From the IMG/VR virus record IMGVR_UViG_3300020121_000067, positions 1 to 56,400 of that record: DNA of 56,400 bases. The stretch is one strand, 5' to 3'. This document shows, piece by piece, positions 18,237-26,963 of the stretch. The DNA is from a virus. Lineage: Duplodnaviria; Caudoviricetes. The notes below the pieces were generated by a model. It had not been told where the DNA came from. It saw only the letters and a program-made list of their open reading frames with translations, and did not search any database. A program made the position numbers and the translations under genes. Each line of letters begins with the position of its first letter. Position 1 is the first letter of the stretch.

Positions 18237-18499
18237 CGCTGGTTCACCATCTTGTTGGGATGTGCTACCGGAGGTTCCACCATTCTCACTCCCTCAATCC
18301 TCAGTCCCAGCCACTCCCACAGCCTGCCGAACGTCTCGATGTCCGGCTCCTTCTTCGCGGCGGTGATGCGCGACATGGTGCTCGGGGAGATGCCCGCGCG
18401 CTGCGACGCCACACGAAGGGACTGGCAGGTGGAGACCTTGGACTCCACGAGGTCGTGGAAGGAGACCCATGAGTTGTTGAGCTTGACTTCTACGGCCAT
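18233..18499 (-). CDS. XRE-family HTH transcriptional regulator
   Basis: 'SLRVASQRAGISPSTMSRITAAKKEPDIETFGRLWEWLG'; GAGGA RBS before ATG 18499. Confidence 0.82.
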   Translation of the reverse strand: MAVEVKLNNSWVSFHDLVESKVSTCQSLRVASQRAGISPSTMSRITAAKKEPDIETFGRLWEWLGLRIEGVRMVEPPVAHPNKMVNQR

Positions 18500-18516
18500 C
18501 GTGGAGTCCTCTGGTA

Positions 18517-18669
18517 TCAATCCTGTTTTAGTGCTGCTCTCAACGCACACATCGCATTGGCCGCGTTGCATGCGGCTTGGGAGAAGTGCAAAGCATCTCC
18601 GGAATTGGTCGCTTTCGCGGCCTTGGTTATCAAGGACTCTACATCTAACTCTTGCTGTGAAGTGTTCAT
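18517..18669 (-). CDS. Small helical protein, 50 aa (MNTSQQELDVESLITKAAKA...FSQAACNAANA...)
   Basis: GGAGGT RBS; first gene after the leftward promoter. Confidence 0.7.
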   Translation of the reverse strand: MNTSQQELDVESLITKAAKATNSGDALHFSQAACNAANAMCALRAALKQD

Positions 18670-18683
18670 TGGGTTCTACCTCC

Positions 18684-18699
18684 AACGATATTTATCGTT
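18684..18699. promoter_or_regulatory. Perfect inverted repeat AACGATA-TT-TATCGTT, putative operator
   Basis: Lies just downstream of the leftward -10 box, upstream of the XRE gene. Confidence 0.55.
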
Positions 18700-18706
18700 A
18701 TGGTGC

Positions 18707-18735
18707 AGGGTAGCACAGTAATATTATAAATGCAA
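18707..18735 (-). promoter_or_regulatory. Sigma70-type leftward promoter
   Basis: TTGCAT-17 nt-TACCCT with TG extension in an AT-rich tract. Confidence 0.6.
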
Positions 18736-19007
18736 CACTAAAAATTGTGTTTGATATTTGGATGACCTTGCGCCCTCCGCGCACCCCGTAGCCCTCGTGT
18801 GCGACCCCCGGGCTCGATGTTCCGGGCAAGGGTGGTCATCGCACGCTGCTGCTTCGGCTTACGACCGTGGCCATCACCATGCTTGCGGGGATCATAGTTA
18901 ATAACTATGACTGTGGTCGTGGTTATAGGCGTGAGCGTGGTCGTGGAAGGATGTGTGAGCAAGCACACGAGTAAGTAACCTGAGTCGCGGTCGCTCAGGT
19001 CTGATGA

Positions 19008-19274
19008 CTACTCCGTCGGCAATGTGCGTGGCGGTATCACTGGTCCTGTCCCGTCCCTGGCCTGTCGCTCAGCTCGTGTGAGCGGTCGTGGTGGCGGGGG
19101 TACTCGTCCCTTGCGTATACGCGCAGCCCGTGCCTTGCGCGCGAGCATCCATCGACCCCAAGCGCGAGAGCGACGATCAGCCGGCATATCCGATATAACC
19201 CATCCCATCGTTAGAAAAGATACCACGGGCCAAGGATCACACTTGTGCTGATTCATAAGAAAATTATTATCCAT
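19008..19274 (-). CDS. Arg-rich hypothetical protein (possible start ATG 19187)
   Basis: ORF present but weak RBS. Confidence 0.35.
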   Translation of the reverse strand: MDNNFLMNQHKCDPWPVVSFLTMGWVISDMPADRRSRAWGRWMLARKARAARIRKGRVPPPPRPLTRAERQARDGTGPVIPPRTLPTE

Positions 19275-19291
19275 CTAAGGTGATTTTGCTA

Positions 19292-19320
19292 TTGACATGG
19301 GATACTCCCAGAAGCATAAT
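19292..19320 (+). promoter_or_regulatory. Strong sigma70-type rightward promoter with palindromic operator in the spacer
   Basis: TTGACA-17 nt-CATAAT; spacer contains TGGGA-TAC-TCCCA. Confidence 0.8.
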
Positions 19321-19342
19321 AGCGCTTGTGAGTGAGGATTCT

Positions 19343-19657
19343 ATGACCATCGCAGAGACTAAGGCGCAAGCGGAACAGTGGCGGGATACAGCCACGGATT
19401 CACTGTATTGCAAGGCTAGAGTGTTTGCCACTCGTGACTACCGTACACACCAGATCACGGTGCAAGGTCACATGGGCATTGCACCAGATTCGAATACGAT
19501 CATTCTGTATCCAATATCCATTTATCGCTTCGGGTACTGGAACAAGGCGAACATTCGTAAGCAGATGGCAGAGGTCAAGCGGGAGCTGAAAGCCGCGATC
19601 GCGCAAGACGGATACAGACTCACGGAACCATTGGAAGTGCAGGAAATACGATTCTAA
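19343..19657 (+). CDS. Early hypothetical protein
   Basis: GAGGA RBS, ATG 19343. Confidence 0.7.
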   Translation: MTIAETKAQAEQWRDTATDSLYCKARVFATRDYRTHQITVQGHMGIAPDSNTIILYPISIYRFGYWNKANIRKQMAEVKRELKAAIAQDGYRLTEPLEVQEIRF

Positions 19658-19697
19658 GGAACCAGTCGGACAGACTTTAAACGGAGGATTTTTCACC

Positions 19698-19919
19698 ATG
19701 CCACGTATGCACAAAACAGCCCAGATAGAGCAGCAGTTGCCGATATTACTGGAATACGTCCGTATCATGCCACAGCGGGATCGCGATTATATCCCGCAAC
19801 TGATTGCCAGCGCTGAGACCATCTTGTATGCCATTCAAGAGGGTATGATTTCGCGGGACGGTGACACGTTTGAATTGACGGAGGAAGGTCTGAAGGTGTG
19901 GGGCGAGGTGACAGCATGA
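19698..19919 (+). CDS. Small protein with winged-helix-like C-terminus
   Basis: GGAGG RBS; 'EGMISRDGDTFELTEEGLK'. Confidence 0.7.
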   Translation: MPRMHKTAQIEQQLPILLEYVRIMPQRDRDYIPQLIASAETILYAIQEGMISRDGDTFELTEEGLKVWGEVTA

Positions 19920-20521
19920 GAGTGCTTGTTGCCTGTGAGTTCTCAGGCATTGTGCGCCGTGCATTCCGCGACCGTGGTCATGATGCCATAAGCTGCGATC
20001 TCCTTCCGGCTGAAGACGGATCACAGTATCACTTTCAGAAGGATATTTTGGAGGTGTTAAGGGAATCAGATTCCGAAGCATGGGATCTGATGATCGCGCA
20101 TCCTCCCTGCACTTATCTGGCGAATAGCGGAGTACGCTGGCTTTATACAAATGGCGTGGGTAGCAGACGCAATGAAGAGAGATGGACGCTTATGCGGGAA
20201 GCCGCACAGTTCTTTCTCGCCCTGTGGAACAGCGGAATACCTAGGATAGCCATTGAAAATCCCGTCATGCATGGACATGCCCGCCAGATCATAAAAAGGG
20301 CAGCGGACCAGAGAATCCATCCCTATCAATTCGGGCATGGAGAAACCAAGGAAACTCTTCTATGGTTGAGAAATTTACCTGTATTGAAATATACGAATGT
20401 GGTCAGCGGCAGAGTTCCCAGAGTCCATCATGAGCCGCCATCGGCTGACAGGTGGAAGAACCGCAGTCGTACCTATCAGGGAATCGCGGATGCAATGGCG
20501 GATCAGTGGGGAAAGGCTTAG
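19916..20521 (+). CDS. C5-cytosine methyltransferase-like protein (MRVLVACEFSG type)
   Basis: 'VLVACEFSG', 'IAHPPCTYL', 'IENPV', 'RSRTYQGIADAMADQWG'. Confidence 0.82.
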   Translation: MRVLVACEFSGIVRRAFRDRGHDAISCDLLPAEDGSQYHFQKDILEVLRESDSEAWDLMIAHPPCTYLANSGVRWLYTNGVGSRRNEERWTLMREAAQFFLALWNSGIPRIAIENPVMHGHARQIIKRAADQRIHPYQFGHGETKETLLWLRNLPVLKYTNVVSGRVPRVHHEPPSADRWKNRSRTYQGIADAMADQWGKA

Positions 20522-20582
20522 CCATCGCTAGGGCGCAGCTGGCCAGCGCGGGGGCTGCGTCTTGTGGGAGGACTGATCCATC

Positions 20583-20744
20583 ATGCAGCACATTGATTTA
20601 TCGCACATCTACCACAGACCCGGAGAGCTGTTCTGGAAAGAGAACGATCCGTTCCAGGGTGCGGTACCGTGCTTTCAGCCGAATCCATTCGGATTCAATA
20701 GGCCCGTGGCGCGGCCGATGATCTGGCGCGACTCGGAAGATTAG
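20583..20744 (+). CDS. Small hypothetical protein, 53 aa
   Basis: GGGAGG RBS; fills the gap. Confidence 0.45.
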   Translation: MQHIDLSHIYHRPGELFWKENDPFQGAVPCFQPNPFGFNRPVARPMIWRDSED

Positions 20745-20806
20745 AACGGCGCAATTTCGCGCAACATGACCGGGGGACACCCATTTAAAACGGAGGATTT
20801 GACGAT

Positions 20807-21307
20807 ATGAACACAATCGATTACAGCAAACAAGCTCAGGACATTCTCACCAAACACAATATAACCTTCAGCGCGGTACTTGTGGGCGATGACTGCCCCG
20901 CGTTCTGTGAAGACGCGGAAGCCGGACGCGATATGGACAAGGTGAATGTGTTTCCCAGGCGGACGCATATCCACGGGAAGCATTACCGCTGCACATTCAC
21001 GGCGAAGGATCGTGCGCCGTTGTACATGGATTTCTGGAACAGCTACGCAGATGAGGCACACAACGCCAAGGATATATTCGCGCGGCCAAAGAATGACCGT
21101 AAAAAGCGAGTGCCAACGCCTTACGACGTGCTCGCCTGTATCACAAAGAGCGATCCCGGCAGCTTTGAGAATTTCTGCGGTGACTTCGGCTATGACTCGG
21201 ATTCACGCAAGGCAGAGAGTGTATATCGCGCAGTGGTGGCAGAGTGGCAGAGAGTGGCCAAGTTCTTCACAGCGGAAGAACTCGCGGAATTGCAGGAGGT
21301 GGCATGA
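20807..21307 (+). CDS. Early hypothetical phage protein
   Basis: GGAGG RBS; 'PTPYDVLACITKSDPGSFENFCGDFGYDSDSRKA'. Confidence 0.8.
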   Translation: MNTIDYSKQAQDILTKHNITFSAVLVGDDCPAFCEDAEAGRDMDKVNVFPRRTHIHGKHYRCTFTAKDRAPLYMDFWNSYADEAHNAKDIFARPKNDRKKRVPTPYDVLACITKSDPGSFENFCGDFGYDSDSRKAESVYRAVVAEWQRVAKFFTAEELAELQEVA

Positions 21308-21696
21308 TGGCGACCACTAAAGACAAGCTCATCTTCACTCATGCCATGGCCAGGCACACATCCGCGACCGTGCGGCAGTGCGAGGCGTTGATGCGGTTTG
21401 CGCACACATTCAAGCAGGTTACCGAGTGGGCCGCGATTGAACCAGCGAAAGGCGCCGCGTATGACCGCAAGCGGTTGCGGATTGCCAACAAGATTGGACG
21501 GGTATGCGAGGAGATTACGGGATTCACAGGCAAGTCAGGGGACACATGCTCTTGTGGATTGCCTGTGAAGGCGCATGCCAGGGCGAATCACTCGCCATGG
21601 CCGATTGCGGCAATGGGGGCATGTGTTCCCATATTCGCTGATGCGACAGTAACCGTCCGCGTTCCCGGCGGCGAGGGAATCGTGGTGCCGGCATGA
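21304..21696 (+). CDS. Hypothetical protein
   Basis: ATGA coupling, GGAGG RBS. Confidence 0.7.
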   Translation: MMATTKDKLIFTHAMARHTSATVRQCEALMRFAHTFKQVTEWAAIEPAKGAAYDRKRLRIANKIGRVCEEITGFTGKSGDTCSCGLPVKAHARANHSPWPIAAMGACVPIFADATVTVRVPGGEGIVVPA

Positions 21697-22751
21697 CCAA
21701 CACACAGACTATTCCCAGCATTCCGGTGATTCCCATGAATCCAGAGATTGATCTAATCGCGAGAGTGGAAGCGGCGAGGAGAGCCAAGGGCACTAGTCCG
21801 TTCGTGGGGATTGCCACTCCCAAGGGTACGCTCATGCTCCGGCGGGACGTGCTCAAAAAGTCATTGCAGGGCTTGCGCGTGATTGATGCCGAATTAATAG
21901 AAGCAAAGGAGGGCATGATCACCGGAACCTTGGACTTCTATGCAGGCCGAACTTCGTACCGTTCGCATCTCGCCTTGCGGGTCCACGCAGTAGGTGAGAG
22001 GGCTAAGGCAGTGCGTCTGTACATTCACCAGCCTTGGAAGATCGGCGCAGGAGTGTTTCATAAGGACTTGGAATCCTGGCAACGCGCAAACATGCGGAAG
22101 TGGGGAGTTTGTGATTGTTATGACTTTGCACGACATAAGACATGCTCACATATCGAAACCGCCACACGCCCAAAGCTGAATAAGTATGAGAAGGCCATCG
22201 CCAAACTTGAGAAAGAGATGCCAAGGGAACGGAGGCCGCAGAATCCCGCTGTGAGTGAGTATCAGCCGCAGCTCGCAAGCGCCGATGAGCGCCGGAGCTG
22301 GCACACGTGGAAGCTACAGAAGGGCACGCGGCGGGCAGTCATGGCCATAGCAAGGCGCGGAGCGAGGGATCTTAGTTCCACGCAGATATATGCGGAAGTG
22401 GCGAAGCTCACAGCGCCATACTTCGGGATGGTAAATCATCATGAGGTATTCAACGGCAGCAGTCCAAGGCCGGAGCCAGTGTATCAGCTGGAAACGCATT
22501 CCATCACTGTAAGGAAATGGGGAGAGATTACAGCAAGGCAGCGCGAGCACGCGGGATTGCAGAACCTATTCTATTACATGAATAAGCTCTGGGAATTCTG
22601 CGGACTGGAGGAAAAGCCTCGGGGAAAGAAATATTACGAGCATGCCCCGACCTGGGGAGCGGATCACTATAAATCTTGGCTCCATGACCTGCACACTCGG
22701 AAGCAGCTGGAATCACAGATAGCGGCGATACGCGCGGAGGCTCAGCCATGA
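21693..22751 (+). CDS. Hypothetical protein with SWIM-like Zn finger
   Basis: 'CDCYDFARHKTCSHI' (CxC-x8-CxH). Confidence 0.72.
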   Translation: MTNTQTIPSIPVIPMNPEIDLIARVEAARRAKGTSPFVGIATPKGTLMLRRDVLKKSLQGLRVIDAELIEAKEGMITGTLDFYAGRTSYRSHLALRVHAVGERAKAVRLYIHQPWKIGAGVFHKDLESWQRANMRKWGVCDCYDFARHKTCSHIETATRPKLNKYEKAIAKLEKEMPRERRPQNPAVSEYQPQLASADERRSWHTWKLQKGTRRAVMAIARRGARDLSSTQIYAEVAKLTAPYFGMVNHHEVFNGSSPRPEPVYQLETHSITVRKWGEITARQREHAGLQNLFYYMNKLWEFCGLEEKPRGKKYYEHAPTWGADHYKSWLHDLHTRKQLESQIAAIRAEAQP

Positions 22752-22918
22752 GCAATCCCGCATTCGACCGCTGGTGGGAGGAGTGGCAGGCGCGCAATGA
22801 GGCACTGTACATCGAGGCAGGGCGCGAGCGCTGGGCGCAGGCGCATCTGGATTTTCACTTTAGCAGTACCAATATTCCAACTACGAAGGAGAATGACAAT
22901 GAACAGGATCACGATTGA
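22748..22918 (+). CDS. Small hypothetical protein, 56 aa (MSNPAFDRWWEEW...)
   Basis: GGAGG RBS, ATGA coupling. Confidence 0.6.
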   Translation: MSNPAFDRWWEEWQARNEALYIEAGRERWAQAHLDFHFSSTNIPTTKENDNEQDHD

Positions 22919-23078
22919 CTTTGTAATGCTGGTGTCGCTGCTGTTGTCGCTGCATCAGCGGGAGCGGTTGCATCTGCGTCCGCCGAATCCAGAGCCGCCG
23001 CCGCCGGTCTGTTGTCAGCATTTTGGCCATGCGGATTTCCCGAGTCATCGGCATCGCATGCGGAAGTTGTTTGGATAG
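22899..23078 (+). CDS. Small hypothetical protein
   Basis: AAGGAG RBS. Confidence 0.5.
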   Translation: MNRITIDFVMLVSLLLSLHQRERLHLRPPNPEPPPPVCCQHFGHADFPSHRHRMRKLFG

Positions 23079-23085
23079 GTGATCG

Positions 23086-23271
23086 ATGGCCAGGCGCGCA
23101 ACCAATCCCGAGATCATCGCGGCAATTAACGTCATGTGTGATCGCACGCCGGAGGTCACAGCGGGGGAGCTGCTGAGGATCACGCGGGAATGTGCGCGGG
23201 CGCGGCGGGATGATTATACGGAGTTTGACTGGAGGGAGGAGCGGAATTATGACATCTCAACTACTGGATAA
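23086..23271 (+). CDS. Small hypothetical protein
   Basis: AGGTG RBS; 61 aa. Confidence 0.55.
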   Translation: MARRATNPEIIAAINVMCDRTPEVTAGELLRITRECARARRDDYTEFDWREERNYDISTTG

Positions 23272-23455
23272 ATTGATGGACTACGGCCCATATCTACCTC
23301 TTACCATCACAGAGCACAGTCACAACCGAGTTATAAGAATAGCAGGACTGATTGGGTTCTGTATCTGGTGGCTGCCCGTAATGGCCATTTTAATAGTCCC
23401 AGCTTTAATACTTATGTGGGTGGAAATATTTGAAGGCGTATGGAGGGGCAAATGA
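23249..23455 (+). CDS. Small membrane protein
   Basis: Long hydrophobic stretch; GGAGGAG RBS. Confidence 0.6.
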   Translation: MTSQLLDKLMDYGPYLPLTITEHSHNRVIRIAGLIGFCIWWLPVMAILIVPALILMWVEIFEGVWRGK

Positions 23456-25110
23456 ACTGGTCACACTTTCAAACTGAAATCTACGAGGCATTCGAGCACG
23501 GCGGGGAATCGCTGCTCATAGAAGCGGTGGCCGGCTCGGGAAAAACCCGGACGCTGGAGGAGCTGGCGCGCATCATGGGAGAGAAGATGCCGGGGTTGCG
23601 CGGGGTGATGGTTGCTTTCAATAAGTCAATCGCGCAGGAGCTACAGGCGAGGATTGACAAATATGGCTTCAGGAACGTCCAGGCGATGACTCTGCACTCG
23701 GCGGGATGGTCCGCGTGGCGGAGGGCTGGGGGATTGGACTGGACTCCCGGGCCACCGGACAACCTCAAGACAGTGAAGATCATGCGGGAAGTCTTGAGCT
23801 ATGAGGAGAATAAACAGTTCGGCGAGACCACGCGGAAGCTGGTGGGGTATGCGAAGGGGATTGGGATCGTGCCTCATGATGATGGCGAGCAGTCAGTAAT
23901 GCTCGGCACTAATGGGGAGTTACATGATCACGTGCATTTTGAACGCAGCTCTTGCGGTTCTGACGTTCCCTGTATGCAGGTTCGTGGGCTGGTTCCTGAT
24001 ACTGAAGCAACATGGGAAGGTCTCATGGATCATTACTCGCTCGACGCGGAGGACTGCAACATCGACTGCGTGAGGCGGGTGCTGGCGAGGGGGATTGAGC
24101 TGGCGAGGGAGACCTGTGACTTTCCCGACATGATCTATATGCCCCTTATTGCTGGTGTTCCATTCGATAAGTATGACGTTGTATTCGTAGATGAGGCTCA
24201 GGACTTGAGTGCCGTGGATCACGAAATCGTGGGAAGGATGAGCAGGGATAGAGTTGTAGCCTGTGGTGACAGAGGACAGGCAATTTATGCATTCAAAGGC
24301 GCAATGTCGAACAGTATGGATGCCATGAAAGAGAGGTTCCAGATGACCGAGTTACCGCTGTCGGTGAGCTATCGCTGTCCGCAGGATGTTGTGAGCTGGG
24401 CTCAGCAGTGGGTTCCACAGATTGAGTGGGCGGACACGGCGGACTTTGGCTTCGTGGGGAAGGAAGGCACGGACTGGAAGGGACAGGCTGAGATCGCGCT
24501 GGAGGGGATTAGCAAATGGAAAGGAATCGCCGACTTCCAGCCGGGGGATGCGATCCTCTGCCGGCTCACGCGTCCGCTGGTTGCCGCGGCGTTCACGCTG
24601 ATCCGGGGGAGGGTCGCCTGTCGCGTTCTGGGCAGGGCCATAGGTAAGGGACTGGTTGACCTGATACGCAAGGCTAAATCGCCACAGGATGCTCACCTGC
24701 GAGAGTTTGAGGCTTGGTTGGACGATTATGAGTCCAAACAGGTAGAACGCCTCAGGAGCAAGGGAAAGCACGCGCAGGCGGGGCTGCTGGTGGATAAGAC
24801 AGATACCATTCGCGTGTTCATGGAGGATCTGGGTCCGGACGCCTGGGTTGAGGAACTCATAGTGGATATTGAAAAGCTGTTCGTGGACAACGGCGGATCG
24901 GCTGGGATGGTCACGCTGGCCACGGTTCATAAGAGCAAGGGTTTGCAATGGTCCCGTGTGTTTATTCTTGATGCTGGCGATCTGATGCCCTGCCCTTGGG
25001 CGAGGGGCAACGGCTGGGAGATGCAACAAGAGAAAAACCTGCAATATGTAGCGGCCACTAGGACGATGAAAGAATTGCGTTATATCACCACGTCTGACTT
25101 GAAAGGATAA
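23452..25110 (+). CDS. UvrD/Rep-like SF1A helicase
   Basis: 'AVAGSGKT', 'AFNK', 'TLHS', 'VDEAQD', 'GDRGQAIYAFKGA', 'SYRCP', 'TVHKSKGLQW', 'YVAATR'. Confidence 0.93.
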   Translation: MNWSHFQTEIYEAFEHGGESLLIEAVAGSGKTRTLEELARIMGEKMPGLRGVMVAFNKSIAQELQARIDKYGFRNVQAMTLHSAGWSAWRRAGGLDWTPGPPDNLKTVKIMREVLSYEENKQFGETTRKLVGYAKGIGIVPHDDGEQSVMLGTNGELHDHVHFERSSCGSDVPCMQVRGLVPDTEATWEGLMDHYSLDAEDCNIDCVRRVLARGIELARETCDFPDMIYMPLIAGVPFDKYDVVFVDEAQDLSAVDHEIVGRMSRDRVVACGDRGQAIYAFKGAMSNSMDAMKERFQMTELPLSVSYRCPQDVVSWAQQWVPQIEWADTADFGFVGKEGTDWKGQAEIALEGISKWKGIADFQPGDAILCRLTRPLVAAAFTLIRGRVACRVLGRAIGKGLVDLIRKAKSPQDAHLREFEAWLDDYESKQVERLRSKGKHAQAGLLVDKTDTIRVFMEDLGPDAWVEELIVDIEKLFVDNGGSAGMVTLATVHKSKGLQWSRVFILDAGDLMPCPWARGNGWEMQQEKNLQYVAATRTMKELRYITTSDLKG

Positions 25111-25115
25111 TCACA

Positions 25116-25364
25116 ATGGCAGGAACCAGCAGGATCACCGATGTGTATTTCTTCCCCAATGGGAACACGGCGGTTATGAACTCCGAGGGTCAGCAGGTAG
25201 GAGAGTTGCAGCAGCCGTGGTTGTTGCTGTTCGCCAAGTTCATAGAAGCCAACGCCACGGAAGCATTGAAGGGGGATTTAGAGAAAATCCAGTGGCATCT
25301 ACCATCGGGGCAGATAGCGGAGTTGTTCAAAGTGGAAGACGACTACAACTGGCGGGTGAAGTGA
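25116..25364 (+). CDS. Hypothetical protein
   Basis: 82 aa, AAGGA RBS. Confidence 0.7.
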   Translation: MAGTSRITDVYFFPNGNTAVMNSEGQQVGELQQPWLLLFAKFIEANATEALKGDLEKIQWHLPSGQIAELFKVEDDYNWRVK

Positions 25365-25440
25365 GCGGCCACCTCCACATCCGTCCCGCATGGCTGCTCC
25401 TAGGCGCAGCTCTCCTGTGGGTGATCCTGAGAGGTTGTTG

Positions 25441-25629
25441 ATGGCCAAGGAACGAAAGTGCATCGATTGCGGAGCGTCGTTCGTCTGGGAGCGCAAACCG
25501 GGGATGAGTCCTAGGCGATGTGCTGAGTGTCATGCGATGCGGAAGCAGACTCGCAGCGGAACTGGGAACATGACACACCGCCCGATGGGACATAGGACGC
25601 GGCAGCAACACAAGCGAGTGCCGTATTGA
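25441..25629 (+). CDS. Small Zn-finger protein
   Basis: CIDCG...RCAEC; TGATG coupling. Confidence 0.65.
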   Translation: MAKERKCIDCGASFVWERKPGMSPRRCAECHAMRKQTRSGTGNMTHRPMGHRTRQQHKRVPY

Positions 25630-25690
25630 GCAAGGCTCTCCTGTGGGTGCTGCTTCGAGGGTGCTAGATGTGGGCGGGAGGGGTGAATAT

Positions 25691-26749
25691 TCACTCAGGT
25701 GGAGGAGCATTATTCATGATTGTCCACTTCAACTGCTTCAATTCGGCCGCGGGAGCATACCGGCTGATCCAGTCGGACACCTCACTGAGTGCGTTTCCAC
25801 ACTTTTTGCAACATTTGTGGGGGGCTACTGGCTTGAGCTGGTCGTTAGTTGCAGTATCACACTCCTCTGCAACTAACGCCTCTGCATCCGCTGGCAGTTC
25901 CAGCGTGTCCTCATCGAGGAGTAGATCCTTCTTGAGCATCTGGCCGTGGGAGCGTATCAGCCGCAGTCCCTGGGTCACGAGTTCAATCTGGGCGCATACC
26001 TCATGGGATCGGGGAGGATGGATGGTTAACAGTTCCCTTATGGCCTTACTAAGATCGGCAGCGGGAGCCACGGAATGCTGTAAGCAGCCAATGGCATAGT
26101 CATGGAGGTCGCGGTCGGATATGTCCCCCCACCAGAAGATAGTAGCTCCGAGGCGGAAGCGGAAGTGGCTCAGGGGAGCATCGGATGCGTCAACTCCCAA
26201 GGCCTCGATTGCTACATTGGAGACGGCGCCAGTGCCTGGGCGTGGGTCTCCTAGGTGCTTTATAAACTTGGACACGCGGGTGTTGTATTCCTGTATTTGC
26301 TCCCGGCTGGGCATTGTGTCTTGTATTGGTTCGTGGATAGCGATCCAGTGGAAATGCTTGAGGCTGCGCATGTACGGCTGGTTTTCCCAGAACCGTGCGA
26401 TGCGCTCCTCAGCGAGGCGAGATGCACATTCCAGACAGGTCTTCAGCCGGCAGGTGCGATGCTGCTCCTCGAACTGGTCGTGGTGGTCAGGGCAGCGGTG
26501 GATGCGCTTGGAGCCGCAGTCCTCGGATCGCCAAGATTTGGAATCCAGTCCCACGGCGGCGAGGGCCTTGGCGCGTGGGGAGCGGAGCTGGCGGACGCAT
26601 TGTGTCTCCGATTCCAGCGCGGCCATGATCTCCTCGTGCGAGGGCTCCGGCGCGCGGCAGGATTGCAAGGCGTCGAGGGAGGGGTCGTTGATTGAGGGGA
26701 GAGTGGGTAGGAATGACGTGCGAGGGGTGTTGCATGCGGCAGCTTGCAT
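25691..26749 (-). CDS. HUH rolling-circle Rep-like protein with degenerate catalytic motifs
   Basis: N-terminal 'DCGS...C...TCRLKTCLEC' Zn domain as in Rep_1/IS91 proteins; C-terminal 'GLRLIRSHGQM' and CxxC; the HUH and YxxK positions are not conserved. Confidence 0.6.
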   Translation of the reverse strand: MQAAACNTPRTSFLPTLPSINDPSLDALQSCRAPEPSHEEIMAALESETQCVRQLRSPRAKALAAVGLDSKSWRSEDCGSKRIHRCPDHHDQFEEQHRTCRLKTCLECASRLAEERIARFWENQPYMRSLKHFHWIAIHEPIQDTMPSREQIQEYNTRVSKFIKHLGDPRPGTGAVSNVAIEALGVDASDAPLSHFRFRLGATIFWWGDISDRDLHDYAIGCLQHSVAPAADLSKAIRELLTIHPPRSHEVCAQIELVTQGLRLIRSHGQMLKKDLLLDEDTLELPADAEALVAEECDTATNDQLKPVAPHKCCKKCGNALSEVSDWISRYAPAAELKQLKWTIMNNAPPPE

Positions 26750-26750
26750 A

Positions 26751-26858
26751 CAGAGTGGTGCTCCTATGTTCGGCGTTTAGCTCAGCAGAGGCCAGAAACG
26801 CCGGGGGGACGACAGCACGGGCCATCGTCCCACCTAATAGGAATTTCGACCACTCCTG
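26751..26858 (-). promoter_or_regulatory. Multi-stem structured 5' leader (or ssDNA origin) covering the RBS of the Rep-like gene
   Basis: Nested pairings GAGTGGT/ACCACTC, TCCTAT/ATAGGA, GGGACGATGGC/GCTGTCGTCCC, GGCGTTT/AAACGCC. Confidence 0.6.
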
Positions 26859-26867
26859 TGCGATTAG

Positions 26868-26896
26868 ACGGTAATCATATTAGAAATGGTTGTCAA
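26868..26896 (-). promoter_or_regulatory. Sigma70-type promoter for the Rep-like gene
   Basis: TTGACA-17 nt-TACCGT. Confidence 0.65.
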
Positions 26897-26963
26897 TATA
26901 TAAATTTTACCTAGGTGTATTTTCTTGTTGCGGGGAGTATCCCTGGTGTGATAGGGTGGTGGC

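Noticed and set aside
18500-18685. N-terminal extension of the XRE ORF to 18685
   Set aside because: A better 50-aa gene with RBS occupies 18517..18669, and the HTH has its own RBS at 18499
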